Positions 26,045-39,295 of a stretch of 64,000 nucleotides of DNA are shown here, piece after piece. Under the pieces are notes generated by a model. That model saw only the letters and a list, made by a program, of their open reading frames with translations. It was not told where the DNA came from and did not search any database. The translations under genes and the position numbers were made by a program. This DNA comes from Isurus oxyrinchus (lineage: Eukaryota): the NCBI GenBank assembly GCA_026770705.1, contig JANJGN010000007.1, forward strand, positions 143,220,001 to 143,284,000. The letters run 5' to 3'. Position 1 is the stretch's first letter; each line of letters begins with the position of its first letter.

Positions 26045-26354
26045 GGCCTAAAGGTGAAGATTGGAAACTAAGACTGGAATTTTCCCTGAATTGCTCTAAG
26101 TGCAATGGCTGATGTGAAAAAAGATATTTCTCCTGCTGTCCGCAATGGGGGCTTTTGCACCATATCATCTGCTTCCTGATATTAATCATTAATAATGCAT
26201 GCACAAGAAACACTCCGGATTGCTGGTGTGCTGGCTCGGATTTGCCCACCATGCCATGACCTCAGCACTTCCTTGCTCTGGTCACCATATTTAAAGAGTA
26301 CCAAAGCACAACCTACTTCATGTCCGCAGACCAGGACTGCTCCAGGGTGACAGA

Positions 26355-27700
26355 TGGCATGGATAGCAAAGAAGACAGCAGGCCCAAATGTCACTGGCAT
26401 AGCTGCTGGACACAGTAGAAGCCTGCCACAAACCCCTCTATTCTGGCTCTGGGTAAAAACCAGCCACCAAGCTCACCAATTCAGCATGGGAGTTGGTGGC
26501 AGCAGTGGTGAGCACCAACACCCTCGAAAGAAGGTCAGCCACAGAGTACTGCAAGAGGATGAATAATCTCCTCCATTCTGCCAGGGTAAGTCACTCTCAT
26601 CACTCTCAACTCACACACTCACGAGCCCATCACATATTCACAGGGTTTGCACTCACTGCCAGCTCAAGGCACATCACCACTCATTCTCCCACAAATGCCC
26701 AACTCTCTTGGGCCCATTGTGTCCTCATGCAGTCCATGGCACCACTCATTCCACATATTCCAGGCATCCTTCTCTTCTGGCTTGGCAGGCCTCTTGTTTA
26801 CACTCTCTCCATGCAGGATAAGCCAGCCCACAAGAGGGAGACATCCCAGATTGGTGAAGGAATGCCCAATGTCATGGCCCTCAGGGCCTTTGAAAATAGA
26901 GCCAACCAGCTGACTGGTGAGGATACAAACTATTCCTGCGCAGTGAGGTTGGTGGCATCAACCAAGTGAGGATCTTGCACTGCAACATCCATCAGACAAC
27001 CATACTGTGAGTGATGTCTCCTGTTTCACAGGCTATTTCACAGACCATGCACTTTTTATCTCTCTTTTCCCTCTCAGGCACATCCAGAAAGCACCTGAGA
27101 ATGGCCATGAGCCAGGTCATCGATTCCAGCCCTGAGTACAGATTGGAATAAGAATCTGCAGACACCGACATTGAAGACCCATCACAGCGCTCACCCACAC
27201 CCTCCGCCATCGCAGAGATACACACATCGGTGGGACCTAATTCTAGATTAGCCTCAGGTTCACAATCTGTGCACACTGCACAGTCTGATCCACAGCAGGC
27301 GGAGGCAGGGAAATCCAAGGGTGCCAGTGCTCAGAGGACAGCTGGAGGCCAGAAATCTGCTGAGTCTGAGTCAGATGACGAGCCTCTGGACTCGATTCTA
27401 CCTCAGTTTCTGGAGCTGCAAAGACAAGCTCGGGAACATCAGGAACGGCTTCCTGCTGCACTCCTCAAATTGCGAAGTACGATGGAGAAGTCCATCTGCC
27501 TTCAGTCTGCAGTGATAGCACTGGCATTGCAATGCACTGGGGTCAATGCTGGTAGGTTGGCGGTCACCATGGAGACCCTGGTCCAGGACATGGTCCTGCA
27601 TGGCTGCAGGAGTTGCACTCCATCGCTGAGGCATGTGCTGGCACCCATCAGTGTCAACAAGAGAAGGGGGTGGCACATCTAAACTCATTCCAGCTGCCGC
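26355..27700 (+). pseudogene. Harbinger Myb/SANT DNA-binding protein gene, three exons, decayed
   Basis: Exon 1 ...VVSTNTLERRSATEYCKRMNNLLHSAR|gtaagt (26585). Exon 2 26817-26965 DKPAHKRETSQIGEGMP. Exon 3 from 27078, ...SESDDEPLDSILPQFLELQRQAREHQE. Homologous to 53268-54820. Confidence 0.8.
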
Positions 27701-28555
27701 TTCTCCTCTGACTATACTGTTCCATACTACCACTACATTCTTTGTTACTCCCCACGCTTCATTGGCTTCCTGTACCACGGTGCCATGGCCAGTTAGCTCA
27801 TCCACTCTAAAGCCCCCACTCCTATCCAAACAAGCTGAAGAAACCTCAAACCTGTTGAGGGCCGAGGCTCCTGCACTCCTGCCCTCTGCATCCCCTTAAC
27901 TGCCTCGCTTGCAGTCACACCCTCCTGTCCCTGACCACTGACCAAATCAGAAGACTCCATCCTAAGGGGTGTGACCACCTCCTGGAATAAAGTGTCCAGG
28001 TAACTGTTCCCCTCCCTGATGAGCTGCAGTGTCTGCACTTTGGCTGCCAACTCAATAGCTCAGAGCTGAAGTTCCTGCAGCCGCAAACACTTACTGCAAA
28101 TGTGTTTGCCCTGGATCACACCAGTGTCCAGAAGCTCCCACATCCTGCAATTGCAGCACATCACCTGCCCTGCCATCTCCAATATGTGTTAATTAATTAA
28201 TTATAATTAATAAAGTTTATACTTCTCAATAGGTTTTGGCGCTGCCAGTAAACTTTACAATACTGATAAAACAATACAGTTCCTATAATATTGATAAAAT
28301 TAATAATACCAGTCACTGGTTTACCTGCTACTTCTGCTGCACCAAAGTGGAAATCAAATACTGGAGGCTAATAAAAGACAGAAGAAAAGCACCTCCTCCC
28401 CACCCTTCACCGAACTCCCCACTCAGCACACTTTACTTCTTGCAGTAAACCTTACCTAAAGAATCTCTTTCTCCTGTGCACCGAATTCCCACTTTGAACC
28501 AAATTCCCAAATATACTCACTCGGTCTCTGCGTCACTCAGGCTGAAGTCTCCCCT
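27700..28555 (-). mobile_element. CR1 5' UTR and ORF1 N-terminal fragment
   Basis: MAGQVMCCNCRMWELL...HICSKCLRLQEL and LIREGNSYLDTLFQEVVTP, homologous to ORF1 at 42734. Confidence 0.8.
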
Positions 28556-28559
28556 CTGT

Positions 28560-29160
28560 GACAGTGAGTGCAGTCAATGGCACCCTGCACCTGTGGAAAC
28601 CTACTGATCACTGCAAATCCCAGTGCTCTTGCTTCCTAGCTTGCCTAATCCCGGTCAAAATGCACAAAGTTCTGTGCCTTTGCAAAGATGGCGTCCGTGA
28701 CCTCCTTGCACTTGTGGGTGCATGCTTGTGAGATCCTGCATAGGTCACCTGTGGATCCCTGAAAGGAGCCATTGGTGTAAAAATTGAGTGCTGTGGTCAC
28801 TTTCACTGTCACTGACAGTGGATGCTTCCAAGTCCTTGTGGCGTCAATTCCTGCAGCAGATGGCATATGTGAGTGACCATTTCTCTAGACAAGCAAGGTC
28901 TTCAGCCACACTGGTTCTCGCTCATCTGCAAGAATGACAAGCACTGTCTACAGAGCCTGGGTCTAGGGAGGTGCCTATGAGTGATGGCACACTGTGGATC
29001 TTCAGCTGCATCCAGAGGAGGTCCTGCTGCTCCTCCATCTTGAGGGTGGTGCTCTTCCCTTTGCCGAGCCATGCGCCTCTGTCACAATCTTCTCCTTCTT
29101 CCCTGCTCCCTGTAAGCCATGAGGCACATAGCTAGATCACCAAGCTCCATGATCCTGATG
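28560..29160 (-). pseudogene. Harbinger transposase N-terminal half
   Basis: PLSVTVKVTTALNFYTNGSFQGSTGDLCRISQ and GFPQVQGAIDCTH. Confidence 0.9.
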
Positions 29161-30411
29161 TTCTCCTCCTTCAGTATCAAAGAAAGAGGCACAAGGGTTA
29201 GCATATGTGTCCTAAGGACCTCTCTTGGTTAAATCTCTGGCTCCGGCTGCGTCTCAAAGCCCCTTCACGCATGCTGGAGAGTGCTGGCCACCGCTTGGAT
29301 GGTCAGTGTGTAGTGCACTTCATGGCTGCCCAAAGACCCACCCATGTCCGCCCCATTCCATTTGGCCAATTGGCGGCAGCTTCGACCACTTGACTGCATG
29401 CTGTGCTCTCAGCTCAGATATTATTCTAACCCACACTGCAAGGCTGCGCTGTTAGCTTGAACCATGAGGGATACTGGTCCAAAACTGAATAAAGACATTG
29501 GAAGGGGATCTGAGTACCTCTTCCAGTGATTGCTCCATGGCCAACTTTCGCAAGGGGATTCTGCAACTTGCCTAGCTAGCCAATTGTTTTGCAGCCACCT
29601 AAAACTCACATTAATTTGCAGTCTGTGCCCAATGGGTACATTTGGTGGCACCTTCATGCTTTTGCATTGCTTGAATGGGCAGAAATGCTTCAGGGCCCTG
29701 ACTCCAAGCAGTTCAAAGTAGCTGCTGCTGAACAGTCTCAGCTGCAGAAGAATGCTCACTGTTGACAAGTTTTTCCACGCGTGTGGCCAGTTGCTTTGCT
29801 CATCCTACAACCCCCCATCCACCCCATCCCCATCACCACCACCCCGCCCCCCCAATCCAGCCCGGCATGTGCTTGTGTACTTCCATCAATCTGTGCTTGC
29901 CCTGCACCCCTTGGCCCCACCCGCATTGGAGCTCTTGCTTGGGCTTTGCACTGAAAGCCAGCTGGGAAAAAGCGACATGTCTGTGCTCAACCCACCTCCC
30001 CCCCAAAATGCGTGGCATCTCCTCCTTCAGGTCCTATGGGCAATCCTCGCGAGCACTGTGCAAGGTTGTGCACACTCACCACCGAGCTCCCCTTGAATTT
30101 CAGCTTACCAGGTACACGCCTTTTAAAGGCAGTCATAAATCACACCCTTCTGAAGTCACGCTGACGTGGGAATTAAATTTGACGTTAGGGGATGATTCTG
30201 GCATGCAGGCATAGTAAGGAGATGGAAATGCATGAAAATTAAATTCCCAGCATTGCAAGGTGGGAAATGCGGCTTGCTGACTGATGGGTGGAGGGGGCAA
30301 TCGTGCCTTAGAATTACGTTGTCGGAAAATGTGACGAGGGCCATCTCACATTATCTTCTGCTCATGCCACCAAACACAACCGCCACAACGGGAGCAGAAA
30401 ATTCCGCCTAA

Positions 30412-31420
30412 AGACTTATTTTCAGACAAAAGATTGTGATTGGAGTTACTTTGGAGAAGAATGGCTGAAACCAAGTGTAGAGTATCAGGGTATGATTTCC
30501 CACCGTTGTTCTGTGAAGCTGAACCTTATGGCCAATGGAAGAATGAAATGGATATATGGACACACATTATGTCCTTACCAAAGGAAAAGCAAGATATTGC
30601 CTTGGCACTTATGCTTCCCACCAGGAGCAGGAGCAGGTGCGAAGTATTTTCAGAGCCAGAGTCTCCTGGTCTTGACTGGAGTTAGATTCTCAGAAAGAGA
30701 TATGCTTTTGGAACAGATGCCTGAAGCTTTAAAAAAAATTCAGCCACTTTCACAGCACCAATGGAACATTCAGCGGTAACACAAAAGATAGAGGATTCAA
30801 TGCTGCCAGCATTTTGAGACATTTTAGTTATGGGGCGCAAGCATCAATACGAAAGAAGAAACACGAGCAAAATAGATGAGGATAGAGACCCTTTTGGTAG
30901 CTCTAACAGATGACATGAATTGGGTAACTGTGGCAGGAGAATGAACCCCAGGAATAACCGAGGAATGGTCAGATACGACTCGAAATATCATTATGATGAA
31001 TTGTTTGAAACGGGATAACAGAGTTTTTGAAATGACATACGACAAGGAAGATTCAGAAGGGAAAGTGACGATATTGATCAGTCAGAAGGAATTGTACTGG
31101 TCACCAGAAACTTTAGTCTGGTAATGAGTGTTCTGGTTGTGGACTCATTCAGTTTTTCTGTGTTAGACAGTGGGTGTACGTCTGCAGTACGTGGAGTGGA
31201 TTGGTTAAAGTGTTGCCTGTGTTCTCTAAATAGTAAAGACTGAAGTAAGATTGAATGTTCTACTTACTTCAGGTTCGGGGATGCATTAAAATCAGTAGAG
31301 TGGTGATTCCATGTAAAATAGCCAGGGTAAACCATTTTATCAGCTCTGATATATATCCAATGCTGTTGAGTAAACCTTAAATGAAATTAGATAAAGAACA
31401 TAATAAGGCAATTGTTTTGT
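30412..31420 (+). mobile_element. Copia-type (GalEa-like) gag and protease relic, continuing the LTR/PBS at 25622-26071
   Basis: Gag-like PPLF...YGQWKNEMDIWT...LPKEKQDIALALMLP. Aspartic protease VLDSGCTSAVRGVDWL...FRFGD (~31160-31285). Confidence 0.7.
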
Positions 31421-31423
31421 AAT

Positions 31424-32375
31424 CACAGAAGATGCTACATCTGCCCCTTTATCTCCCCTCTCCTCACCGTCCAAGGGCCCAAACACTCCTTTCAAGTGAA
31501 GCAACGTTTCACTAGCACTTCCCTCATTCGCTGCTCCCAATGCGGTTTCCTCTACATTGGAGAGACCAAACGCAGACTGGGTGAGCGCTTTGAGGAGCAC
31601 CTTCAGTCTGTCCACAGGCATGACCCAGACCTCCCTGTCGCTTGCCATTTCAACATTCCACCCTGCTCTCATGCCCACATGTCCGCCCTTGGCCTGTTGC
31701 ATTGTTCTAGCAATGCTCAACGCAAACTGGAGGAACAGCACCTTATCTTCCGATTAGGCACTCCACAGCCTTCTGGACTTAACATTGAGTTCAACAACTT
31801 CAGACCATGAACTCTCTCCTCCATCCCCACCCCCCTTTTTCATCCACCTTTTTCTATATTCATTTTTATTTTGTTTTATTTATCTTTTTGTTTTTCAAAT
31901 TTCATTAATTTTTTTCCCACTTATTTTCATTATTATTATTTTTTACATTTATTTCCATTTCCATTCATTGTTTTCTCCCCAGCTTTTAGCTTATTTTCAA
32001 TCTTTCTTCCCCTATCCCACCCCCACTAGGGCCATCTGTCACTTTCCAGAGTGCTTACCTTGATCCAGCCATTATCATATTTTGCTTCCTTAATGTTACC
32101 ATTAGCACCTCCTTTGGCCAGTACAACCACCATTAACAACTCTGACTTTTTGTTTATGACATCTTTTGCCATCTCTCCCTTGCTTCCACCTATTGCTGGC
32201 CTTCTATCCAGCTTCACTGGTTCCACCCCCCTTAATCAGTATATATTTCACCACATCTCTACCTCCCTTTATATCTAAAGAAGAGTCATACAGATTCAAA
32301 ACGCTGCCTCTGTCTTTCTCTCCACAGATGCGGTCAGACCGGCTGAGTTTTCCCAGCATTTTTTGTTTTTGTTCC
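31424..32375 (+). mobile_element. Penelope-like 3' fragment (GIY-YIG and 3' UTR), second subfamily
   Basis: RCSQCGFLYIGETKRRLGERFEEHL...RKLEEQHLIFRLGTPQPSGLNIEF. Degenerate hammerhead-like CTAAAGAAGAGTC...GATTCAAAACG at ~32275-32303. Confidence 0.9.
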
Positions 32376-34329
32376 AAGTTAAAACCCTCTGCTCCTGCTC
32401 CAGCACCCAAGACTCCACAATTTTATACTTGCTAGCTGTTCTTCTTCATAAATTCTCTGTTAAAAATGTTGGGCAAATCACTTTACATTCTCTAAGAAGA
32501 AAGGCTGGAATTGTTTCAAAAGCTGCAAATAACCTTCAGTATTGAGGACTGAATGACCTATGCCTGTTGACAGGCAGTTTGATTTGATTCAGGTTTCTCT
32601 GTCTGTTCCTGCAACCATGTAAACACTGCAGATTTGCCTGTTGTGTATGTGTGAACTTGTTGTGGACCAAAACCTTGCACCTCTGCCACTCACATTTATT
32701 CTTGCTTTGTGCAGTATGCAAATCCTGGCTGTATAAACATCCAAACACATTCACTCATAGGCTGAGATGGATTGCCCCTTGTTTACTGCAAGTTTGAATA
32801 ATGGTCCTGTCATTGTTTCCGACTGGTAATGGAACCATTCTAATGGTTGCAGTTTGATTACGAGCAACATGAGAAATTGTACATTGGACCCTGAGATTCC
32901 AATGCGATGAAACATATCTTTTTAAAGTAAAAGTTAGTGTATATCAGAATATAAAGCATATTAATCTACTTTTCTACAGGTTTGAGGGAGAAGAAAAGTG
33001 GGTAAGGGCATAATCTATTAGCAGTTTAACATGCCCCACCTTTGTACAAGGTACACCAGAGGTACCTGAAGTGTAATGGAGCTTTTATTTAGCTAGAACA
33101 AAGTCTATTTATCCAAGCTTATTTTTTTTCAGTTTTATGAAGCTGCTGGTAGAATAATATCTTACCTCAATAAACTCATGTTTTAATTACAATGGGATCA
33201 GAAGGTATTTCCTAAAAAGCCATGTAGAAATGTTCAATGAAGTAATCTATTAAAAACTGATCTTCATCACACTTTGAAGCGCTGTCAATTTCTTTTAAAA
33301 AGTAGAGAAAAACTAATTGCCCTGAAATGTTATATGCACTTCAGCAATCTATAACAAAAGCAAATAAAATCCAAAATCTATTCTGATTGTCTGTCTAAAT
33401 TCAACAGTTTAGTCTAGAACATCAATTAGTATCTATTTCCTTCCATACATTGAATTTCCCTAAGCAATAATGGGTTTACAACATTATGACTGAACCTGTG
33501 TCTTCATTTTGCATTAAAGATATATAAAAAAAATCTCTATACAAAGGGAGCATTGCTTGAAGCCATGGTGATTGCTGTTTGTCTGAAGCCATGAATGAAA
33601 ATGCTTACAAAAATCTAACACCAGTTCATGGTAAAGCCAGTCCACGATAAGGACACAAGTTAACAGTTTTTCCCCATCTCTCAGTTAATTATGCTGTTTA
33701 AGTTCCTTTTAACGCGTTGTGACTCTTGCTTCAGTAATGCCATCCTGGCCACAAAAGCATTGTTATTCAGTAGCAGCAACCAAATTGGATTTTAAGATAG
33801 AAAGCATTTCTGTTTTTGTCCAGTAGAAGACAATAAGTGTTCAACATTTATTTCACATGGGTACATTGGATCTCTGTGTGTTAAAACTCAAAGAATGACA
33901 TTTTGAACAATTAACTGTCATAGACTCTCCCCAAGCTATTTCATCTCCTGAGGAAAGGTTCTATAATGTTTATCTCTGTCCTCCCAAAGGTAAATCAAAA
34001 AAAAGCTTCAGAATATCTATTTGAACTTGCGTTATTTATCCATGACCAGTTGTCGTCCTTGGCATAACATTTCTAAGGTCCCAGTAGTTCAGAAACAATA
34101 ATGTTCCACACAGAATTCGATCTGCTTATCTGTACTTATTCCTTACAGTCCTCAATCTTGTTCCCAACCAGATATTTTCCCAGTTCTTTCAAAAATATTA
34201 CATGGTGTTAGCAGCTTTAATCAGTGCATTGCATATATTCTCAACTCCGTGGGTTAAAAATACCCTCTAATCCCAATTTTTAAACTCCTAACTGTTTAGA
34301 ATTTGGCTAGTTTGCAGTTGTCTATTTGC

Positions 34330-34900
34330 TCATCTAATCATTTTCATGGTCTTTTCTTCAGCTAATGCTTCATCATCTCCCAGCTTGGTTATTTCCCCTG
34401 GTATGGCCTCCCCTTTGCTCTATCAGGTCCAAAAAGCACAGACATGAGGATATTTGGTGCATAATTGGCTTAGACCATCATCAGGTTTGATTCAATCACC
34501 TTAAGCTCTACCCAGGCTTCATTATCCACTGCCAACTCTGCCTGCTACTCAAGCATCAAACTGGAGGACAAATACAACCTTTTTTCTACTACCAATGATC
34601 TCCTTGGATTCTTCTCCTCTTCTCCCATACCCTCATCTCTATCAGCACGCATAGGAAGCTCATTGATTTCTGTCACCAAGACAAAGGCCTGCTGCTCAGC
34701 TGTCTCTGCTCCTTTTCTTGTCTAACTCACCAACCAAACCAAGCATCTCCTTAAGGTGCCACCCTGAGAGTTCATCCCTCTCTTTAATTTCTTTCTCATC
34801 TCCTTTCAGGTCTAAAAGACTCAAATATCTCCATTCTTTATGAATGCCTCAGACCCTTGAAGTTGCATCAGTCTCATGGATCTTGTCTGTAAAGCTCTCC
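34330..34900 (+). mobile_element. Old L2-like LINE internal fragment
   Basis: Pyrimidine-rich decayed sequence resembling the L2 ORF2 linker. No open frame. Confidence 0.3.
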
Positions 34901-35088
34901 TGTTTCTTGTCATTCAAAACTGATAGCATTCATGGTGCAATCTGACATAAGTGTTATAAAGTTGAATCACTCCCCCATCTGATTTATCTTCTATTGTTTT
35001 GACTACGTAACTCAATATTCTATTGTCGCTACTGATTGCTGCTCTGTCTCGGTTGGTTATGTCTGACATCAAGTCTGCACAGAATCCT

Positions 35089-38000
35089 GAGGGTAAAAAT
35101 TGGATAATGTCTTTTTGAGGGCACATGTATCTTGCTGTACAATTACCCATAACCACTGGAAGTGTTGCAGGCAGCACACAAATTTCGTGCTGCCTGCTTG
35201 CCTCCATGCTGGAGTGCGCAACCCGGTGCTAAACCGCTGCTGACAGGCTGCACACTCAGCAGGGGACCCGGGTTCATGCAAGGTCAGCACAGATTAATGC
35301 CAGCCTCTACCTCTTAAAGGGGGGTGCATTCTGGCTTCAGCAAGGGTTGCAAGTGACTTTATGAGCAGGAAGAAAGGTTTGAAATGGAGCAACAAGAAAA
35401 AGTGTCTGATACAGTACTGGAGGTCTTAGAGATGGAGGTGGAAAAGAGGAGAGAGCTTATCCATCCACAGGGACTAGGAGGCCGACCAGACATACAATTT
35501 GATGGGAATGGGAGCGGGTAGCCATGAAGCTCACTGCAATGAATTTGACCCGAAGAACCTGGCTACTGTGCCAGAAAAAAAGTTCAATGGCATCAAAGAG
35601 TGGTCGAGGTCAGCGTATGCATCTTCAAATGACAACTTCTATCCATTGCACCACCAAACTCACACTGCTCAATGTACCAAACCTCTATCAACAACCTTGA
35701 GCAATCAGTGCTTGTGATTAGCATTCATACACTCCACCTCACATTCACACACTTATCAGCTCGAAACTCAGATTCACATCTTCCAGACACTTCCAGCTAT
35801 TCAGCTCTGACAGGCACGTCATCCAGCTACCCTCACTTACCCTCTCTTGCAGGAGAAGGCGGCACATAACAGGAAGGAGCAGCAAGAAGCAGGCAGAGTT
35901 GCATGTTCTCAGTCCCTTGGAGGAAACATTAGTGTGAATTATTAGCATTGAAGTCACTGAAGCCATTGCAGAAAGTGTCAGGGTGACAGTTATGTTCCTT
36001 CTCAAATCCTACTTCACCCTCATCCCACAGTACAAGATGCAGGTAACATAACCATGCACCTCTTGTTTTCCACCTAATCCTACTTTCCTCATTCCAGCAT
36101 TTTTTGCCTATCTCTAATTGCCCTTGAACTGAGTGGCTTGCTGATTATTTCACAGGACAGTTAAGAGTCAACCATATTGCTGTGGTCTGCAGTCACATGT
36201 AGGCCAGACCAGGAAAGGATAACAGAGTTCCTTCCCTAAAGAGCATCAGTGAATCATATGGGTTATTACAATAATCAGTGATAGTTTCATGGTCACCATT
36301 ACTGAGGTTGGCTTTCAACTCCAGGTTTATTAATTGAATTTAAATTTTGCCAGCTGTCATGGTGGGAATTGAACTCATGGAGTGCTAACCTGGGCCTCTG
36401 GATTACTAGTCCAGTGATATTACCACTATGCCACCATCTCCCCATCTAGCACAGTGCGTACTTTAAAAGGTATTATATAGGCGGGATCAGCAAAGGGTGA
36501 GCTATTGGGCATGAGTGGGCTGTGGCAAAGCAAAGAGGAAGGATAGTGCGTGCGCCAGCTCTCCAGAGGACAAGGTTGCAGACAAATTCGGCCACAGAGG
36601 ACTCACATAAAGACTTTGATCGATGGCATATGTGGAAAGGCTGATGGGTATGCACAGAGATGCTTTTTGCATTGACGGGCGAGCCACAGAACCTGCGAGG
36701 AGTCCAGTTCTTTGGAACAGGGCATTTAGCAGAACTTGGAGCCCAGCTTTTCCAGCATGAAGGTGGTGGCTAACTCCATGACAGCACTTGAGTACCCAGT
36801 GTCCGATGGAGAGTGTCAGTTTCCACTGTGGCACAAGCAGAAGTCACCTAATGTCTGAGTGTTGCAATGGAAGCTCAGACTGAGGTCACAGATCTCTGCA
36901 TGGGTCATGGAGGTTCAGACTTTTGCCATCATGGCTGTGCTTAGCAGTGCACAAAGGAGCGTACAGTTCTCATTGTTGCCCAGTAATCTGTGATCTAGCA
37001 GATTACTAAGATCACTGAGGCACCATCCAAGAAGAGTGACAGTGGATCCTTGGGGCACAAACCTGCTGCCCCCCTTCTCAAGATAACAGTATTCGTGTTT
37101 CTGCCATCACCACTCTGCCAGTGCCCTTGCTGTTGCCTGTCAGCCAGTCAGCCCAGACTGCTGCTGTCCATGTCGAGTTGACACAGTCCAAAGGTAAGCA
37201 ATCAAGGCCCAGTGCTACTTGAGGGCAGCCTGCAAGGCCATCTGCAGTGTCCTCCAGCCAAAGTCAGCAACAGTCCATCTCCAACCATGTTGCAGCTGCT
37301 GGGGTACAAGCCAGGCAAAGGTACCTACAAGTCAGGCAATTAGGTGAATAGTTTCCATTTTGTATGTATTATTGGAGGCATTGTTGGATAAGGTTGTTGG
37401 TTTATGGTGTCTTTTAATTCATAATTTTGGCCAAGGGGACACTGGTGGTCTGTATCAAAGGGATGGTTATGTGGGGAAGTGTGGAACAATGGTGATCTGG
37501 GGATTTTTACACGAGAATCGGAGTTTGATGAGATACTCACGGGCAGCCCATCTAGCGATGATGTTTGGATGCTTTCTCCTCTTTCTCTTCCTGAGATGGT
37601 CACCGAAGCCCTGCTGGAAAGTGATGTGCCCTCTTGGTTGGCAGGTTGTCAAGAATGCAGCAGACACCATGCATCACAAGAACAGCCTAGTGAATACTGT
37701 AGGGTTTCTCCAAGTGGTTAAGGTGGTGGGACCATTGTTTGAGGACATCAATGGTCAGCTGCAAGATGTTCCTAGTTGCAGCCTGTCTCTCACTGTAAGA
37801 CCACTGCCCGTGTGTGGGTAGGTAGCAGAGGAGAGTAATCACAAGGATAGCCCTCGTTGCCAAGTAACTAACTACCTAATGGTTCAATGTTGTGGCTGAA
37901 AGACGGCGGGCATGATTGACTGGCTCAGTATAAAAGCTTTGTGATTGCGGACAGGGTAGTGGGCTTTCACCAACATGATACATGATGTACACACATAACT

Positions 38001-39045
38001 GCACATTTTAGGAGCGATACCCTTTGTGGTTCCTATGCTTCTCGCCAGTGAGATGTGATACCCACAGGACCAGGAGGGTGTAGTCAATGGCTCCTTGCAG
38101 CATTGGGAATCCTGCTCTCCTGGCAAAGCCACATGCCCTCTCTTCCTATTTCTCTCTGCTTAGAGAGAAGAATATGAATTCCCCTTTCTTCATGTACAGG
38201 GCCTCAATGACCTCCCATATGCAGCAATACTGAGAAATGTTCACAATGTCACAAACTTGCCCATGGAACAATCATGAGGTGTAGAAATTGAGGGCCACAG
38301 TGACCTGGAAGACCAATGGCAGTGCTTTCTTCACCCTATTTTGTGGCTAAGAGTCTGGTTGGAGGAGGTGAGAAAGTTTGGCCACCTCCGTGGTGAAACG
38401 TGGCCATCATAAACACTGGTCCTAGCTGAAGTGGAGGTATAAAGAAATGCTCGCTGAAGACTGCAGATGTGTGTGAACTTCTATTCCAAGCATTCCTCCT
38501 CCTCCCTCAGTAAGCAGCTCCTTTTCTCTGCTGCCTGTGCTCCATTTGCCTGTCATGCTCCAGGAGGGTTAGCAATGAACAGCCACCATGACTTAGAGCA
38601 AATTTTCTGCTCAGAGGCCTTGAAAATCCACTCAACTCCTTTCAAAGGTCCACTTCAGCCCATGACTCCAATAATCCAACAACACAGTACACAATACTTC
38701 CACTAGCTCAGCAGCAGCAAAGTAAAGGCAAAAGCACTTCACATGAAAGTTGCATGGAGACTTTTTTACATATAGCTAAGGGGGCAGTCTGAATGCATGT
38801 TAACTGGACCTGTAAGGTCCAAAAGGGCAGATTGGGCACCAAATGAAATTAGATGCTGACTGATATCCCCACCTACCCATGCTGCATGCTTCCAGCGCAC
38901 ACACGGGATGTATGGCCTATTGCCCTTCCTAAGTAGGCAATTGGCGTGAGCCACACTGCAAGCTGACAGGGGCAGACCTTGTGCCATTAATTTTTCAAAT
39001 CTGGGTTCCCGTAGCGGCAAAACTACAGAGTCAAATTTTGTAGCC
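35089..39045 (+). mobile_element. Old full-length-type Harbinger transposon (Myb/SANT on +, transposase on -)
   Basis: Decayed Myb exon on + (~35384-35610, ...CQKKFN). Transposase motifs on -: LNFYTS, GFPMLQGAIDYT, HKGYRS*NVQL, GNEGYP (37500-38590). Confidence 0.75.
36092..36443 (-). mobile_element. tRNA-derived SINE with a 3' tail shared with the LINE family of 47314-47431 and 55361-58229
   Basis: A box TGGCATAGTGG, B box GAGTTCAATTCC, tail CAAGGGCAATTAGAGATAGGCAAAAAATGCTGG. Confidence 0.85.
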
Positions 39046-39295
39046 ATGGTTTTCTTTTAGCTCCCCCCATAGCTATTCCAACACAAGTGGAAAAGTGCTT
39101 GTGTTACCCATTCTTATTCCCTGTTTCTAAATTTGGCTCTTTATGTTTGATCACAGTAAATTTTATTTTGCCATTGATCTGCCTGCTTATTTATGTACCT
39201 TTCCATCTGATTCTATAGCTGAGAATTTCCTGAAATATTTTGGTGTAACTTAGGCAGAAGAACAATGTGTGCCTTCACTTTCCAAGAAAATTCTG

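Larger units (their letters stand above)
26072..30408 (+). mobile_element. Autonomous-type PIF/Harbinger transposon with both ends, internally damaged
   Basis: Ends GACTGGAATTTT and AAAATTCCGCC, TAA on both sides. Myb/SANT gene on + converges with the transposase on -. Confidence 0.85.

Noticed and set aside
36380-36443. tRNA gene
   Set aside because: A/B boxes belong to a SINE head that continues into SINE body and tail; no complete cloverleaf.
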